DNA of 42,559 bases, taken from the IMG/VR virus record IMGVR_UViG_2872698443_000008. The stretch is one strand, 5' to 3'. Numbering within the stretch: position 1 is the stretch's first letter; every line of letters begins with the position of its first letter. The translations under genes and the position numbers were made by a program. Source of the stretch: a virus. Its lineage: Duplodnaviria; Heunggongvirae; Uroviricota; Caudoviricetes. A model generated the notes under the pieces. That model was not told where the DNA came from, ran no database searches, and saw only the letters and a program-made list of their open reading frames with translations. Below are positions 1-9,423 of the stretch, piece after piece.

Positions 1-2754
1 ATGAACTGGATTGGTTCTCGGTGGTGGAAATTCGACTTCCATAATCACACTCCGGCATCGGACGATTATGGAAAAGGCCCTAATCAGGCCCAGTATATGC
101 AGATCACTCATAAAGATTGGCTGCTCAACTACATGCGACAAGGCATCGATTGTGTCGCTGTCACGGACCATAATTCAGGCGCTTGGATTGATCCGCTCAA
201 GCAGGCACTCAAGGAACTGGCATCTGAGAGTCATGAAGATTATCGACCACTCTACTTATTCCCAGGTGTTGAGCTTACTGTTCAGGGGAATATCCATATT
301 CTGGCCATTTTCGGCGAAGACAAGACAACCTCTGATATCGACTCACTGCTTGGTGCGGTCAGGTATCGCGGCACCAAAGGAAAGAGCGACGGCTGCTCTG
401 AATGCTCAGCAGTTGAGGTGATCGACGAAATTGCTAGGTCAGGAGGACTTGCAATACCTGCTCATGTAGATCAGGCTAGCGGACTTTTTACGGTCTGTAC
501 GGGCAACACACTAGAGCAGGTGCTTGACAACAAATGTGTTTTTGCTATGGAGGTAACGGACCTTGCTAAAGCAAAACCGCAGCTCTATATTGGCAAGAAT
601 TTGAATTGGGCAGAGATTCTTGGAACCGATTCCCATCATCCGTCCGGTACCGGAAATCAACGCTACCCGGGTAGCCATTTCACTTGGGTAAAAATGTCGG
701 AGCCATCTTATGACGGATTACGGCTGGCGCTCGTTGATGGGGCTCTTTCACTGAAGCGGTCGGACAACTTCACTGGTGACCCAAATATCCATGGACAACT
801 TGCCATCGAAAGTATCGTGGTTGATGATGCGAAGTACTTAGGACGAGGGCAATCTTTAACTTGTCAACTGAACCCCTGGCTCAACACTATCATTGGTGGA
901 CGAGGCACTGGGAAATCGACTTCGTTGGAATTCCTGCGGATTGCTCTTAAACGAAAGGGAGAAATCCCCAAGAGCCTTGAAAAGGAATTTACCAAATACA
1001 GTCAAACTTCGAAAGACCGCCAAGATGAAGGGCTGTTAAAAGATTCCACGAAAATAACTGTAGGCTTTCGAAAAGACGGTGGCCGTTTCCGAATCACCTG
1101 GTCTAATACCGACGACATATACAGCATCGAGGAAGAGACCGCTCCCGGAGTCTGGTGTGATTCCGAGGGAGACATAGCACAACGATTTCCTGTCAGGATT
1201 TACAGCCAGAAACAGATATTCGAATTGGCAAAGCATCCCCAAGCACTCTTGCAGGTTGTCGATGATGCCCCGGAGGTCAATCATCGTGATTGGCAGCTTA
1301 AGTGGGATGAACTGGTTTCCAAATATCTCTCGCTTCGCGCCCAAGAGCGTGAAGTTCAGGCTGGGCTTCAGGAAGAATCGGTAACCAAAGGTCAGCTTGA
1401 AGACGTCAAACGCAAACTCGATGTTTTTGAAAAGGCGGGCCACGCGGATGTCCTTAAGGCTTACCAACTCAGACAGAACCAGAGTAAGGCTATGGACTCC
1501 TGGGTAACGACTTGGGAGGATTCCGCCGAACAGGTCCGAGATATTTCTGGAAGCCTACTGCCAGCAGAATTGGATTTACAATATTTCGACATTGGGAATG
1601 CGGATGACAAAGAACTCTTCGATACCATCAAGGACATCCGTGCGACGTTTGAGAAGCTTCAGACAGAGATGAACTCGATCGCGCAGCGGATTGATGATGT
1701 GAAGAACTCATGGAATCAAACTCGATCAGACTTGGGAATATCGAAAAGAATTACAGCGGCGAGCCATGAATACAACGCCCTCCTCGGTCAACTCAGCGCA
1801 GCAGACGCAGGTGATCCATCTGCATATGGTGTTCTGGTTAAGCAGCGACAAGATTTCGAAGATAAGCTCAAGGGATTCGACAAAAAGAGAGAAACTCTTG
1901 CGCAGCATCAGAAGAGCGCGGAAGAATACTTGGTCAAACTCCATGAGCATCGAGCATTGATAACCAAACTTCGTGAGGACTTTCTCAAGGATACTCTCGT
2001 CGGCAATTCATATGTACAGATCAATGTCATTCCGTTTGGAAACAAGATTACGGTTGAGGAAGAATTCCGTAACCTGATCGGCCGCAGTGGTGGCGGATTT
2101 GACCGCGACATTGGAGTTGTTGACGGGGATGAGGGCTTGCTGGCTTATTTAACGCAAGACCAATCCAATACTATGGATGATAAAATTGAGAAAATAAAAT
2201 CATCGCTACTTGCAATCCATGAAAACGATACTATGGCGGTGGAATCCTGCAAAGATCGACGTTTTGTATCCCTCATTCAGGGGCTAACTCCGGAACAGAT
2301 AGATCGAATTCAGTGCTGGTTTCCAGGCGATTCTCTGGATATCAGATATAGCCTCAAGAACGGCGAGAGTTTCAAACCCGTAGAGCAAGGATCTCCGGGG
2401 CAAAAAACGGCGGCTCTCCTTGCATTTATCCTTTCATATGGCAATGAGCCTCTTATACTTGATCAGCCTGAGGATGATCTTGATAACCACTTAATCTATG
2501 ATCTTATCGTGACGCAATTGCGTGAGATCAAACAAAAACGGCAGGTTTTAGTAGTCACGCACAACGCTAACATCGTCGTGAATGGTGACGCGGAAAACGT
2601 CATTGCCCTTGATATTCGGTCTGGTCAAACCAGAATTGTGGCGCAAGGGGGTCTTCAAGAACCTTCCATACGCGATGAGATATGCCGAGTGATGGAAGGT
2701 GGCAAAGAGGCCTTTACCCAAAGATATAAACGAATCAATGCAGCAATCAAATAG
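1..2754 (+). CDS. PHP-domain phosphoesterase fused to ABC/SMC-type ATPase with central coiled coil (917 aa); candidate single-gene defence protein
   Basis: Full-length ORF from position 1. N-terminal PHP motifs FDFHNHT, VTDHNS, PAHVD, GTDSHH. Walker A GGRGTGKST at nt 895-921. Long E/K/Q/L-rich region (aa ~400-700). C-terminal ABC signature-like SPGQKTAAL, Walker B LILDQPEDDLD (nt ~2461-2490), H-loop VVTHNANIV. Confidence 0.8.
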   Translation: MNWIGSRWWKFDFHNHTPASDDYGKGPNQAQYMQITHKDWLLNYMRQGIDCVAVTDHNSGAWIDPLKQALKELASESHEDYRPLYLFPGVELTVQGNIHILAIFGEDKTTSDIDSLLGAVRYRGTKGKSDGCSECSAVEVIDEIARSGGLAIPAHVDQASGLFTVCTGNTLEQVLDNKCVFAMEVTDLAKAKPQLYIGKNLNWAEILGTDSHHPSGTGNQRYPGSHFTWVKMSEPSYDGLRLALVDGALSLKRSDNFTGDPNIHGQLAIESIVVDDAKYLGRGQSLTCQLNPWLNTIIGGRGTGKSTSLEFLRIALKRKGEIPKSLEKEFTKYSQTSKDRQDEGLLKDSTKITVGFRKDGGRFRITWSNTDDIYSIEEETAPGVWCDSEGDIAQRFPVRIYSQKQIFELAKHPQALLQVVDDAPEVNHRDWQLKWDELVSKYLSLRAQEREVQAGLQEESVTKGQLEDVKRKLDVFEKAGHADVLKAYQLRQNQSKAMDSWVTTWEDSAEQVRDISGSLLPAELDLQYFDIGNADDKELFDTIKDIRATFEKLQTEMNSIAQRIDDVKNSWNQTRSDLGISKRITAASHEYNALLGQLSAADAGDPSAYGVLVKQRQDFEDKLKGFDKKRETLAQHQKSAEEYLVKLHEHRALITKLREDFLKDTLVGNSYVQINVIPFGNKITVEEEFRNLIGRSGGGFDRDIGVVDGDEGLLAYLTQDQSNTMDDKIEKIKSSLLAIHENDTMAVESCKDRRFVSLIQGLTPEQIDRIQCWFPGDSLDIRYSLKNGESFKPVEQGSPGQKTAALLAFILSYGNEPLILDQPEDDLDNHLIYDLIVTQLREIKQKRQVLVVTHNANIVVNGDAENVIALDIRSGQTRIVAQGGLQEPSIRDEICRVMEGGKEAFTQRYKRINAAIK

Positions 2755-2860
2755 AACGGAGTTGCACTTGAACGGCAATTGCGCTGAGCTCAATTGCCGC
2801 CAATGCTTGGTCGTTAACGTCTGCTCCTGGCACAGGGCTGCTGTTGCAGCCCTGACAACC

Positions 2861-3076
2861 TTAGACTTCAATCGATTCAGAGATCTCTAACGCATCATCG
2901 ACTTCAATGCCCAGATAACGGAATGTGCTTTCCAGTTTCTTATGACCCAACAGAAGTTGAATCACCCGAAGATTCTTGGTCAGCGGACAATAGGTGCAAC
3001 GCCATATTGAACCCTTAAGACTAAAGTGGACCGATATAGTAAGCGTTACACTGACCCGTTGCCAGCATCGAAATGC
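2861..3076 (-). pseudogene. Tyrosine recombinase C-terminal remnant (no start codon, ~70 codons open)
   Basis: Minus-strand translation reads ...TKNLRVIQLLLGHKKLESTFRYLGIEVDDALEISESIEV*, resembling the LLGH...Y box II region of integrases/Xer recombinases. Upstream frame closed by a stop at 3077-3079. Confidence 0.4.
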
Positions 3077-3344
3077 CTAAGCTACGAAAACTCTTTGACG
3101 GACATAATGTTCCTCATGTTTGCCACATGTCTCCGATTGAGCACAACTATAGTCTGCTGATGAGACTAATTATGGCACTGAGCAGACCTGCTCGCTAGGC
3201 GAGATCCGCTGTGAGCGAATTGCAGAGGTCTCGAATATGCTTGATAATAATGCTTGAAGATATAATTGGTATGAGCCTGAAAATTTATTTTTAAAGAATT
3301 ATTAAATACTGCCGATGTTAATAATTATACTAAAAAAAAGGAAC

Positions 3345-3851
3345 ATGGAATTTATGTTAAATTTAGACGAAATGTGCAGCGCATTAAGAAAACAATACTC
3401 TATAACGGCTGGTCAAGATGGTGAGAAATATGCTAGTAGATGGCTGGAAAAATCCAAGTGGAAATTTGAACATGTTGAGCAAGGAATAAATACTTTATCT
3501 GCAAACTTGAAATCATATGGGGGGAAACGCCCCGATTTCATTATTGACGCTGACGAATCCTCTTATATTCTTTTAGATGCGAAGTATCACTCAACAGATG
3601 GGTGTACCTCCTTTACACTTACTGATTGTGAAATAGGAAAGTATAGAGCACTTCAGCAATTCTTAAAAAATGTGTATAGTGATTGTACTTTCGAAGTAGT
3701 CTTTATGGTGTTTCCGAAAGAAAAAAATGGTGACGAATTTACATTTGTGAGTCTAGATGAGTTTGATAAAGGAGAGTGTACGACTCTAGCATCAAAAGAT
3801 GCAACGAAAATTAGTCTACTCTATCGAGATGACTTATGGTTTAAAAGTTGA
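3345..3851 (+). CDS. Small low-GC protein with PD-(D/E)xK nuclease-like motif (about 168 aa)
   Basis: ORF 3315-3851; ATG at 3345 follows AAGGA (ATG at 3354 is an alternative). Motif KRPDFIIDADESSYILLDAKYH (PD ... D-A-K). Markedly AT-rich relative to flanks. Confidence 0.6.
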   Translation: MEFMLNLDEMCSALRKQYSITAGQDGEKYASRWLEKSKWKFEHVEQGINTLSANLKSYGGKRPDFIIDADESSYILLDAKYHSTDGCTSFTLTDCEIGKYRALQQFLKNVYSDCTFEVVFMVFPKEKNGDEFTFVSLDEFDKGECTTLASKDATKISLLYRDDLWFKS

Positions 3852-4193
3852 TTAATAAAAAACAATTGGCTTTCACCATTTTTAATTACTTTTCCCAGCA
3901 TGCCGAAAATGTCTCATTTATTTGAATGATTGTATCTTTAATAGATATATCGCGACTATTCCTAAACTTATTTCTAGTTGTTAACAAAACTGTGTGCTAT
4001 GAATGTCTGCTGTTGGCACATAGCAGTTCTAGAGACAGTGGCGTAAAGTCATGGAGAATCGGTGGAAGGAGGTGCAAACCCTCTCATACAAAAATGCGTA
4101 AAATCAGTAACGGCTGGAAATCATTCAATACTCGCACTATCAAAAGTTCACCAGCCAACCGCGACACCTCCTGCATACGACATGTCTGCGGTT

Positions 4194-4748
4194 TTATATA
4201 ACCCTGGCTGGAAACCTCTTATACAAAGTTGACACACCAACATCATAGATAATAGCCACCTTCTGGCGAGGAACGCCTGATGCAATTAATCGCCCGGCCT
4301 GCGCCCATTGTTCTGGTGTAAGTTTGGGACGACGTCCACCAATTCGTCCCTGTGCGCGAGCAGCTTCCAGTCCAGCTTTTGTTCGTTCAACAATCAGTTC
4401 TCGTTCCATTTCAGCCAGGGCACCCATCACATGAAAGAAAAAACGCCCCATCGGTGTGCTGGTATCAATAGCATCCGTCAGGCTGCGAAAATTAACGCCA
4501 CGTTCGCGCAACTCCTCAACCAGAATGACCAGATGCCGCATACTACGTCCCAGCCGATCCAGCTTCCAGACAACCAGAGTGTCACCTGCCGATAATGTCC
4601 TGAGCAGTTTTTTCAGTCCCGGCCTTTCGGACTTTGTACCGCTTACCTTGTCTTCAAAAATCAGCTCGCATCCTGCACAGTTCAGCGCATTACGTTGTAG
4701 ATCTGTGTTCTGGTCATTTGTTGACACACGTACATAGCCAATAAGCAT
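4194..4748 (-). CDS. pin: Serine DNA invertase (Pin/Gin/Hin/Cin family)
   Basis: N-terminus MLIGYVRVSTNDQNTDLQ with catalytic Ser motif, C-terminal HTH; start taken at internal Met of ORF 4194-4784. Lies next to the invertible tail-fibre segment. Confidence 0.9.
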   Translation of the reverse strand: MLIGYVRVSTNDQNTDLQRNALNCAGCELIFEDKVSGTKSERPGLKKLLRTLSAGDTLVVWKLDRLGRSMRHLVILVEELRERGVNFRSLTDAIDTSTPMGRFFFHVMGALAEMERELIVERTKAGLEAARAQGRIGGRRPKLTPEQWAQAGRLIASGVPRQKVAIIYDVGVSTLYKRFPARVI

Positions 4749-4804
4749 GGTAGATCTCCCTGACAAAAGCAGGAATGATGCCATTTGCTCGTTATTTCTG
4801 CATT

Positions 4805-4828
4805 TTCATAAACGTTGGTTTGGGAGAA
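4805..4828. promoter_or_regulatory. Invertase crossover site (left boundary of invertible segment)
   Basis: ttcataaacgttggtttgggagaa; reverse complement TTCTCCCAAACCAACG shares the half-site plus AA core with the site at 7484-7509, in inverted orientation. Confidence 0.6.
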
Positions 4829-5164
4829 GCGGCAAAACGGAATGTGGGAACAGGGGAAAATCAGATACCAGATATGTCTGCATTTCCATCTGGCAAAAAC
4901 TGGTTTCAGTTACCAAGTGGTCATATTGTCCAAATGTTTTCGATGAATGTTTATGGGGCGGACACTAACGGAACTACAGGTAATTTCCCTATTGCATTTC
5001 CTTCAGGCGCACTGGCTGTTAGTGCCTTATGGTCAGATGGCACATTAACGGCTGCTCCGACCTTTAAACTTATGGGGTACACGACAACAAGGACATCAGT
5101 AACCTTAAAAGTATCAGCCGGAAATGGTTTGTATGGAACTATGATTATCGCAATAGGAAGATAA
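4829..5164 (+). CDS. Silent alternative tail-fibre C-terminal cassette (promoterless, no own start)
   Basis: Open frame 4775-5164 on the opposite strand to the expressed fibre, ending 1 nt before the alternative assembly gene; begins at the crossover site. Confidence 0.5.
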   Translation, partial: AAKRNVGTGENQIPDMSAFPSGKNWFQLPSGHIVQMFSMNVYGADTNGTTGNFPIAFPSGALAVSALWSDGTLTAAPTFKLMGYTTTRTSVTLKVSAGNGLYGTMIIAIGR

Positions 5165-5380
5165 TATGAATCAATATATTTATTCCCCTTCGGAAAATGC
5201 TTTTTATGCTGTTAATTTAAAAAACACTTATGAAGTAAATGGAACATGGCCTGCTGATGCATTAGATATTCCTGATGACATTTCTGTAAAATATATGGCG
5301 GAACCGCCACAAGGGAAAATCCGAGTTGCAGGGGAAAATGGTTTTCCCACATGGGTTGAAATACCGGTAATGACTCCAAC

Positions 5381-5884
5381 TTATTGATAGTGTTTTATGT
5401 TCAGATAATGCCCGATGACTTTGTCATGCAGCTCCACCGATTTTGAGAACGACAGCGACTTCCGTCCCAGCCGTGCCAGGTGCTGCCTCAGATTCAGGTT
5501 ATGCCGCTCAATTCGCTGCGTATATCGCTTGCTGATTACGTGCAGCTTTCCCTTCAGGCGGGATTCATACAGCGGCCAGCCATCCGTCATCCATATCACC
5601 ACGTCAAAGGGTGACAGCAGGCTCATAAGACGCCCCAGCGTCGCCATCGTGCGTTCACCGAATACGTGCGCAACAACCGTCTTCCGGAGCCTGTCATACG
5701 CGTAAAACAGCCAGCGCTGGCGCGATTTAGCCCCGACATAGCCCCACTGTTCGTCCATTTCCGCGCAGACGATGACGTCACTGCCCGGCTGTATGCGCGA
5801 GGTTACCGACTGCGGCCTGAGTTTTTTAAGTGACGTAAAATCGTGTTGAGGCCAACGCCCATAATGCGGGCAGTTGCCCGGCAT
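5381..5884 (-). CDS. insB: IS1 transposase InsB reading frame
   Basis: Overlaps insA 3' end in a different frame, as in IS1 (InsAB' by frameshift); sequence ...[41 protein letters not shown]... Confidence 0.9.
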
Positions 5885-6078
5885 CCAACGCCATTCATGG
5901 CCATATCAATGATTTTCTGGTGCGTACCGGGTTGAGAAGCGGTGTAAGTGAACTGCAGTTGCCATGTTTTACGGCAGTGAGAGCAGAGATAGCGCTGATG
6001 TCCGGCGGTGCTTTTGCCGTTACGCACCACCCCGTCAGTAGCTGAACAGGAGGGACAGCTGATAGAAACAGAAGCCAC
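5803..6078 (-). CDS. insA: IS1 InsA
   Basis: [43 protein letters not shown]... zinc-finger N-terminus typical of InsA. Confidence 0.9.
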
Positions 6079-6356
6079 TGGAGCACCTCAAAAACACCAT
6101 CATACACTAAATCAGTAAGTTGGCAGCATTACCGAAATACCTCCACCATCACATGAGGAACTTATTGAACAGGCCGAATCAGAGAGGCAATTATTGATTA
6201 ACCAGGCCAACGAATACATGAACAGTAAACAATGGCCCGGTAAAGCCGCTATTGGTCGTCTGAAAGGCGAGGAACTGGCACAATATAATTCGTGGCTGGA
6301 TTATCTGGACGCACTGGAACTGGTCGATACTTCCGGGGCGCCAGATATTGAATGGC

Positions 6357-6962
6357 CTACGCCTCCGGCAGTTCAGGCCAGATGACATCCGGCGCGGTGC
6401 TGGTATCTGTTGCCGTCACCGCGTCAATGTAATCCAGCACAGCGTTAAGGCGGGTTGTTTCTGCCTGCGTCAGTTTACGTCCGGCCTGTAATTTCAGCTG
6501 AATCAGACTGATGGAGGCCATTGCAGTATCAATCAGTGACTGGCGCTGTGCTTCTGCCGTGTCTACTGCGACGCTATGCTGTGCCTCAGTATCGGTCACC
6601 CATTTCTCACCATCCCATTTATCGTATGGTGTTAACGGGGCGATAGTTGTGGTATTTTCAGGGTAATCACCCGGAGCTGTGATTTCTTTTGACTCTCCCG
6701 TTTTGGTGCTATAGACGATTTCACCGCGATGGTCTGGCACATATTCCCATGAGTTAAAATTTGCAGAACGACAGATAGCATAACCCACCTTATATGTGCC
6801 AGGAGCATCTAAACAGGAATATGCGGGGATACCGACACCCACAGCAAGATATTCAATTGATGCAGAAATATACTCCCGTGTCTCACTGTCATAGTTATAA
6901 ACGGTAATCTCTCCTGCCTTTGTGGCAATAAATTTATTATTTAAGATGGCGTTATACATCAT
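6357..6962 (-). CDS. Tail-fibre assembly protein (active orientation)
   Basis: 201 aa, directly downstream of the tail-fibre gene with ATGA overlap; conserved C-terminal assembly-protein motif. Confidence 0.85.
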   Translation of the reverse strand: MMYNAILNNKFIATKAGEITVYNYDSETREYISASIEYLAVGVGIPAYSCLDAPGTYKVGYAICRSANFNSWEYVPDHRGEIVYSTKTGESKEITAPGDYPENTTTIAPLTPYDKWDGEKWVTDTEAQHSVAVDTAEAQRQSLIDTAMASISLIQLKLQAGRKLTQAETTRLNAVLDYIDAVTATDTSTAPDVIWPELPEA

Positions 6963-7786
6963 GCAGCCCTCACAATGTAATTAAATGAAATATTACGTGG
7001 GCGTGTCTCTGCTGCACCGACAATACTGGTGCTCAACCCCGTTGCCGTTCGTTTGTTATTTTTATTTCCTTCAATCAGACAGTTGTAATCATCATTACCA
7101 ATTAACGAATTGGTGGCATCAATACTGTCCGGGGACAAGGCATTAGTAGTGGAACTTAAAGTCAGCATCTCGTCTGAACTTGGAAGATTTTTTAATGGTG
7201 TTTCATTGCGTGAAATACCCGCGTAAAAAAAGGACTCATGCCTGTGAGCTTCAAAAGAGTCATCCTGAAGACTTAGCAAGGCTCGCCCCGCATCCACTCC
7301 ACGTCCATCATCCCAGCCACGAATAAATTCACCGCGTAAATCAGGCAATTTATTGGTCGGGTAAGCCTTTGCCAGTTCCGGGTATTCTTCAGCAGAAAAA
7401 GCCGCACCATTGCATTTCAGCCAGCCTGTTGGCGGAGTGGCTGAAGGCCACGGAACAGGCACCCCAACCGGTAATGCAGAGCCTTCTCCCAAACCAAGGT
7501 TTTCGAGAGCCGTTTTCACCGTGCCATCCGATTTGATATCGCCAAACGGATTCTTGCGGCTTAACAGCAGCGCACGAAGCGCGGTAAGCAACTGGTCGTG
7601 CCGCGCCTTCTCCAGGCTGGCACCGGATGCCTCCACCACGCTGCAGAGTTCTTCCTGCAACATATCAAAGTAGTCATCATCCAGATCGGTGGCAGGCGTG
7701 CCAGTCTGGGGGTTACCACGGGTAAAACCGTTCTTACCCGCGCCGAACTTATCCTTCTGCGCGGTTTTCGTGTCTATACGATGCAT
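6959..7786 (-). CDS. Tail-fibre protein (constant N-terminus outside, variable C-terminus inside the invertible segment)
   Basis: 275 aa; conserved fibre N-terminus [41 protein letters not shown]. Crossover site 7484-7509 lies inside the gene. Confidence 0.85.
   Translation of the reverse strand: MHRIDTKTAQKDKFGAGKNGFTRGNPQTGTPATDLDDDYFDMLQEELCSVVEASGASLEKARHDQLLTALRALLLSRKNPFGDIKSDGTVKTALENLGLGEGSALPVGVPVPWPSATPPTGWLKCNGAAFSAEEYPELAKAYPTNKLPDLRGEFIRGWDDGRGVDAGRALLSLQDDSFEAHRHESFFYAGISRNETPLKNLPSSDEMLTLSSTTNALSPDSIDATNSLIGNDDYNCLIEGNKNNKRTATGLSTSIVGAAETRPRNISFNYIVRAA
7484..7509. promoter_or_regulatory. Invertase crossover site (right boundary, inside tail-fibre gene)
   Basis: ttctcccaaaccaaggttttcgagag, hix/gix-like with central AA. 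Confidence 0.6.
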
Positions 7787-7789
7787 GGA

Positions 7790-8374
7790 TTACTCCGGAT
7801 ATTTAAAAATTACGTAGGTATGCGACGGGCAGAGTTTGTTAAGCACACATTCGACAACGGTGTCGCCCCAGATACGCAGTGCGGAATCACAGGGATCGCC
7901 ACATGTCATCCAGGTGGTGTTGGTGGCGGCTGGCATGTTGATCTGCCAGTAATACCGCCATTCCGGCGCATTCACCGCGTCAGTACAGGCCGATGAGCAG
8001 GTGAACGTGCTTTTGTCGTATCGCGTGATGGTAGCATCTGGTCTGCCCAGGGCAGCAAGCTGTGCAAGATAAAAATCCTCGTTGATGCCACCCGACAGGT
8101 TAACCTTCGCATCCAGCCGTTGCTGGCGCTGGCGAAGGGTCTGTGTCCCTGTAGGAATACATTCATCCGGCAGGCCGCACAGACGCTCCCAGCGGTTTAT
8201 CAGTTCGGTGGTGGTGCGCGGATCCAGCTCCCGCATCAGGGCATCCGCACGCTGATGAACACGGGTTAATGACGGTGCCGTACCGGCAATCGCCGGATCG
8301 CTGGCTGACCACGCCGGACCGGGCGGCAGCAGTGCCGACAACAGACGGATGTAATCATCGTTTGTCACGTCCAT
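7790..8374 (-). CDS. Tail protein (Mu gp48-like)
   Basis: 194 aa; position between baseplate J-like gene and tail fibre; recognised as the family of e14 YmfQ-like tail proteins. Confidence 0.7.
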   Translation of the reverse strand: MDVTNDDYIRLLSALLPPGPAWSASDPAIAGTAPSLTRVHQRADALMRELDPRTTTELINRWERLCGLPDECIPTGTQTLRQRQQRLDAKVNLSGGINEDFYLAQLAALGRPDATITRYDKSTFTCSSACTDAVNAPEWRYYWQINMPAATNTTWMTCGDPCDSALRIWGDTVVECVLNKLCPSHTYVIFKYPE

Positions 8375-9423
8375 GAAATCGTCCCCAGAACCGCCAGTTC
8401 ATTTTTTGCAATGGAGATATTGTCCGCCGGTGCAAGCAATTGATGGCTGTATTCCCCGTTCGCACCGGAAATCGCCTCACTGATACGCGATACCTTCAGT
8501 TCTCCCTGCGGATAACCATCACGCAGCAGGAACGAACGCAACTCCGCGGTAATGGCAGCCCGTATTTCTGGTGTGTCCGGCGTCACGCGGATATGAAAAT
8601 CCACCGTATGCGCCGCCGGCCTGAACACATACAAATCAGAGCCTGCCACCGGGGCCAGTGGCCCGATATGTTGTCTTGCCGCCGTTTCCGTTGATTCTTC
8701 CGGAATGGGATTAATCAGGTCACTGCCGGCAATCATCACACCGACAGTCCCCGTTCCCATCCAGTGACGGTATGTCCATGCGCGGGTAATGCCGGGCACT
8801 TCTTTAGCCCAGACGACATAGTCCCCGTCAGCCCCGCCCTGCGGCGTCCAGTAATACCGCTCAATGACGCGGGCGCGCCACGTTTCCAGATCTTCAGTAT
8901 CGAATCCGCCAGTCAGGGTATCTGCCACACCGGAAGACGGCAGACCATTCACCGGCGTGACCAGGATTAATGCCGTACCGTCGTCAGCGTTACCGACCGC
9001 GCCTGCAGTTGAGCAGGCGATCGGCACGCGCAGGACTCCACCTGAGCTGGTTGCATCAGAAGTTGCCGTGTACTGAACCAGGTCATCGCGCTGAATAACA
9101 CTCCCGGCGGTCACCTTCAGGCCATCGCTGACACCTTCCCAGCGCATATACCCGCTGGCAGACGTGGCCCCCTTGCGCGGACACCGTTTCATCGCAGCAT
9201 GTCGCGCCAGCCAGGACTCATCGCACAGGTCAGGCAGCATGTTCATTGCCAGATAATCGATGTAACCGTAAACCGTATGCAGCGCCGCCGCATACACCTT
9301 TGCCCGCACGTCTTCATCCATGCGCCGGAGCGTGTCGCTGACGTCCAGCCTGGCGAATAAATCGTTACGGAGCATACTGATATTTTCTGCCAGCGTCGGG
9401 CGCTGAAATTCACTGTCCGCCAT
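8365..9423 (-). CDS. Baseplate J-like protein (Mu gp47-like)
   Basis: 352 aa; gene order and family resemblance within Mu-like baseplate module. Confidence 0.75.
   Translation of the reverse strand: MADSEFQRPTLAENISMLRNDLFARLDVSDTLRRMDEDVRAKVYAAALHTVYGYIDYLAMNMLPDLCDESWLARHAAMKRCPRKGATSASGYMRWEGVSDGLKVTAGSVIQRDDLVQYTATSDATSSGGVLRVPIACSTAGAVGNADDGTALILVTPVNGLPSSGVADTLTGGFDTEDLETWRARVIERYYWTPQGGADGDYVVWAKEVPGITRAWTYRHWMGTGTVGVMIAGSDLINPIPEESTETAARQHIGPLAPVAGSDLYVFRPAAHTVDFHIRVTPDTPEIRAAITAELRSFLLRDGYPQGELKVSRISEAISGANGEYSHQLLAPADNISIAKNELAVLGTISWT

Larger units (their letters stand above)
5367..6133 (-). mobile_element. IS1 insertion sequence
   Basis: Terminal inverted repeats GGTAATGACTCCAACTTATTGATAGTG (left) and ...ATCAGTAAGTTGGCAGCATTACC (right); insA and insB inside; flanked by 8-bp direct repeat GAAATACC (5359-5366 and 6134-6141). 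Confidence 0.9.
5166..6385 (+). pseudogene. Alternative tail-fibre assembly gene interrupted by IS1
   Basis: N-terminal piece 5166-5387 (MNQYIYSPSENAFYAVN...) and C-terminal piece 6194-6385 (...[31 protein letters not shown]) flank the IS1. The C-terminus parallels that of the active assembly protein (...[28 protein letters not shown]). Confidence 0.7.
4816..7497. other. Invertible tail-fibre host-range segment (P/G-segment-like), carrying an IS1 insertion
   Basis: Bounded by inverted hix/gix-like sites. Contains oppositely oriented tail-fibre C-terminal cassettes and tail-fibre assembly genes; adjacent invertase. Confidence 0.6.

Noticed and set aside
2548-2871. 107-aa minus-strand ORF overlapping the 3' end of the PHP-ATPase gene
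   Set aside because: Antisense to a well-supported long gene, no ribosome-binding site, Cys/Arg-rich composition; the recombinase-like remnant nearby is in a different frame.
3156-3190. CUGAUGAG motif flanked by an inverted repeat (gtctgct…agcagac), reminiscent of a hammerhead ribozyme core
   Set aside because: No GAAA element or properly placed stems II/III; more likely a simple hairpin in the AT-rich promoter region.
3926-4201. 91-aa plus-strand ORF between the small nuclease-like gene and pin
   Set aside because: Composition (Cys/Arg/Ser-rich) is not protein-like and it has no translational signals; likely non-coding spacer.
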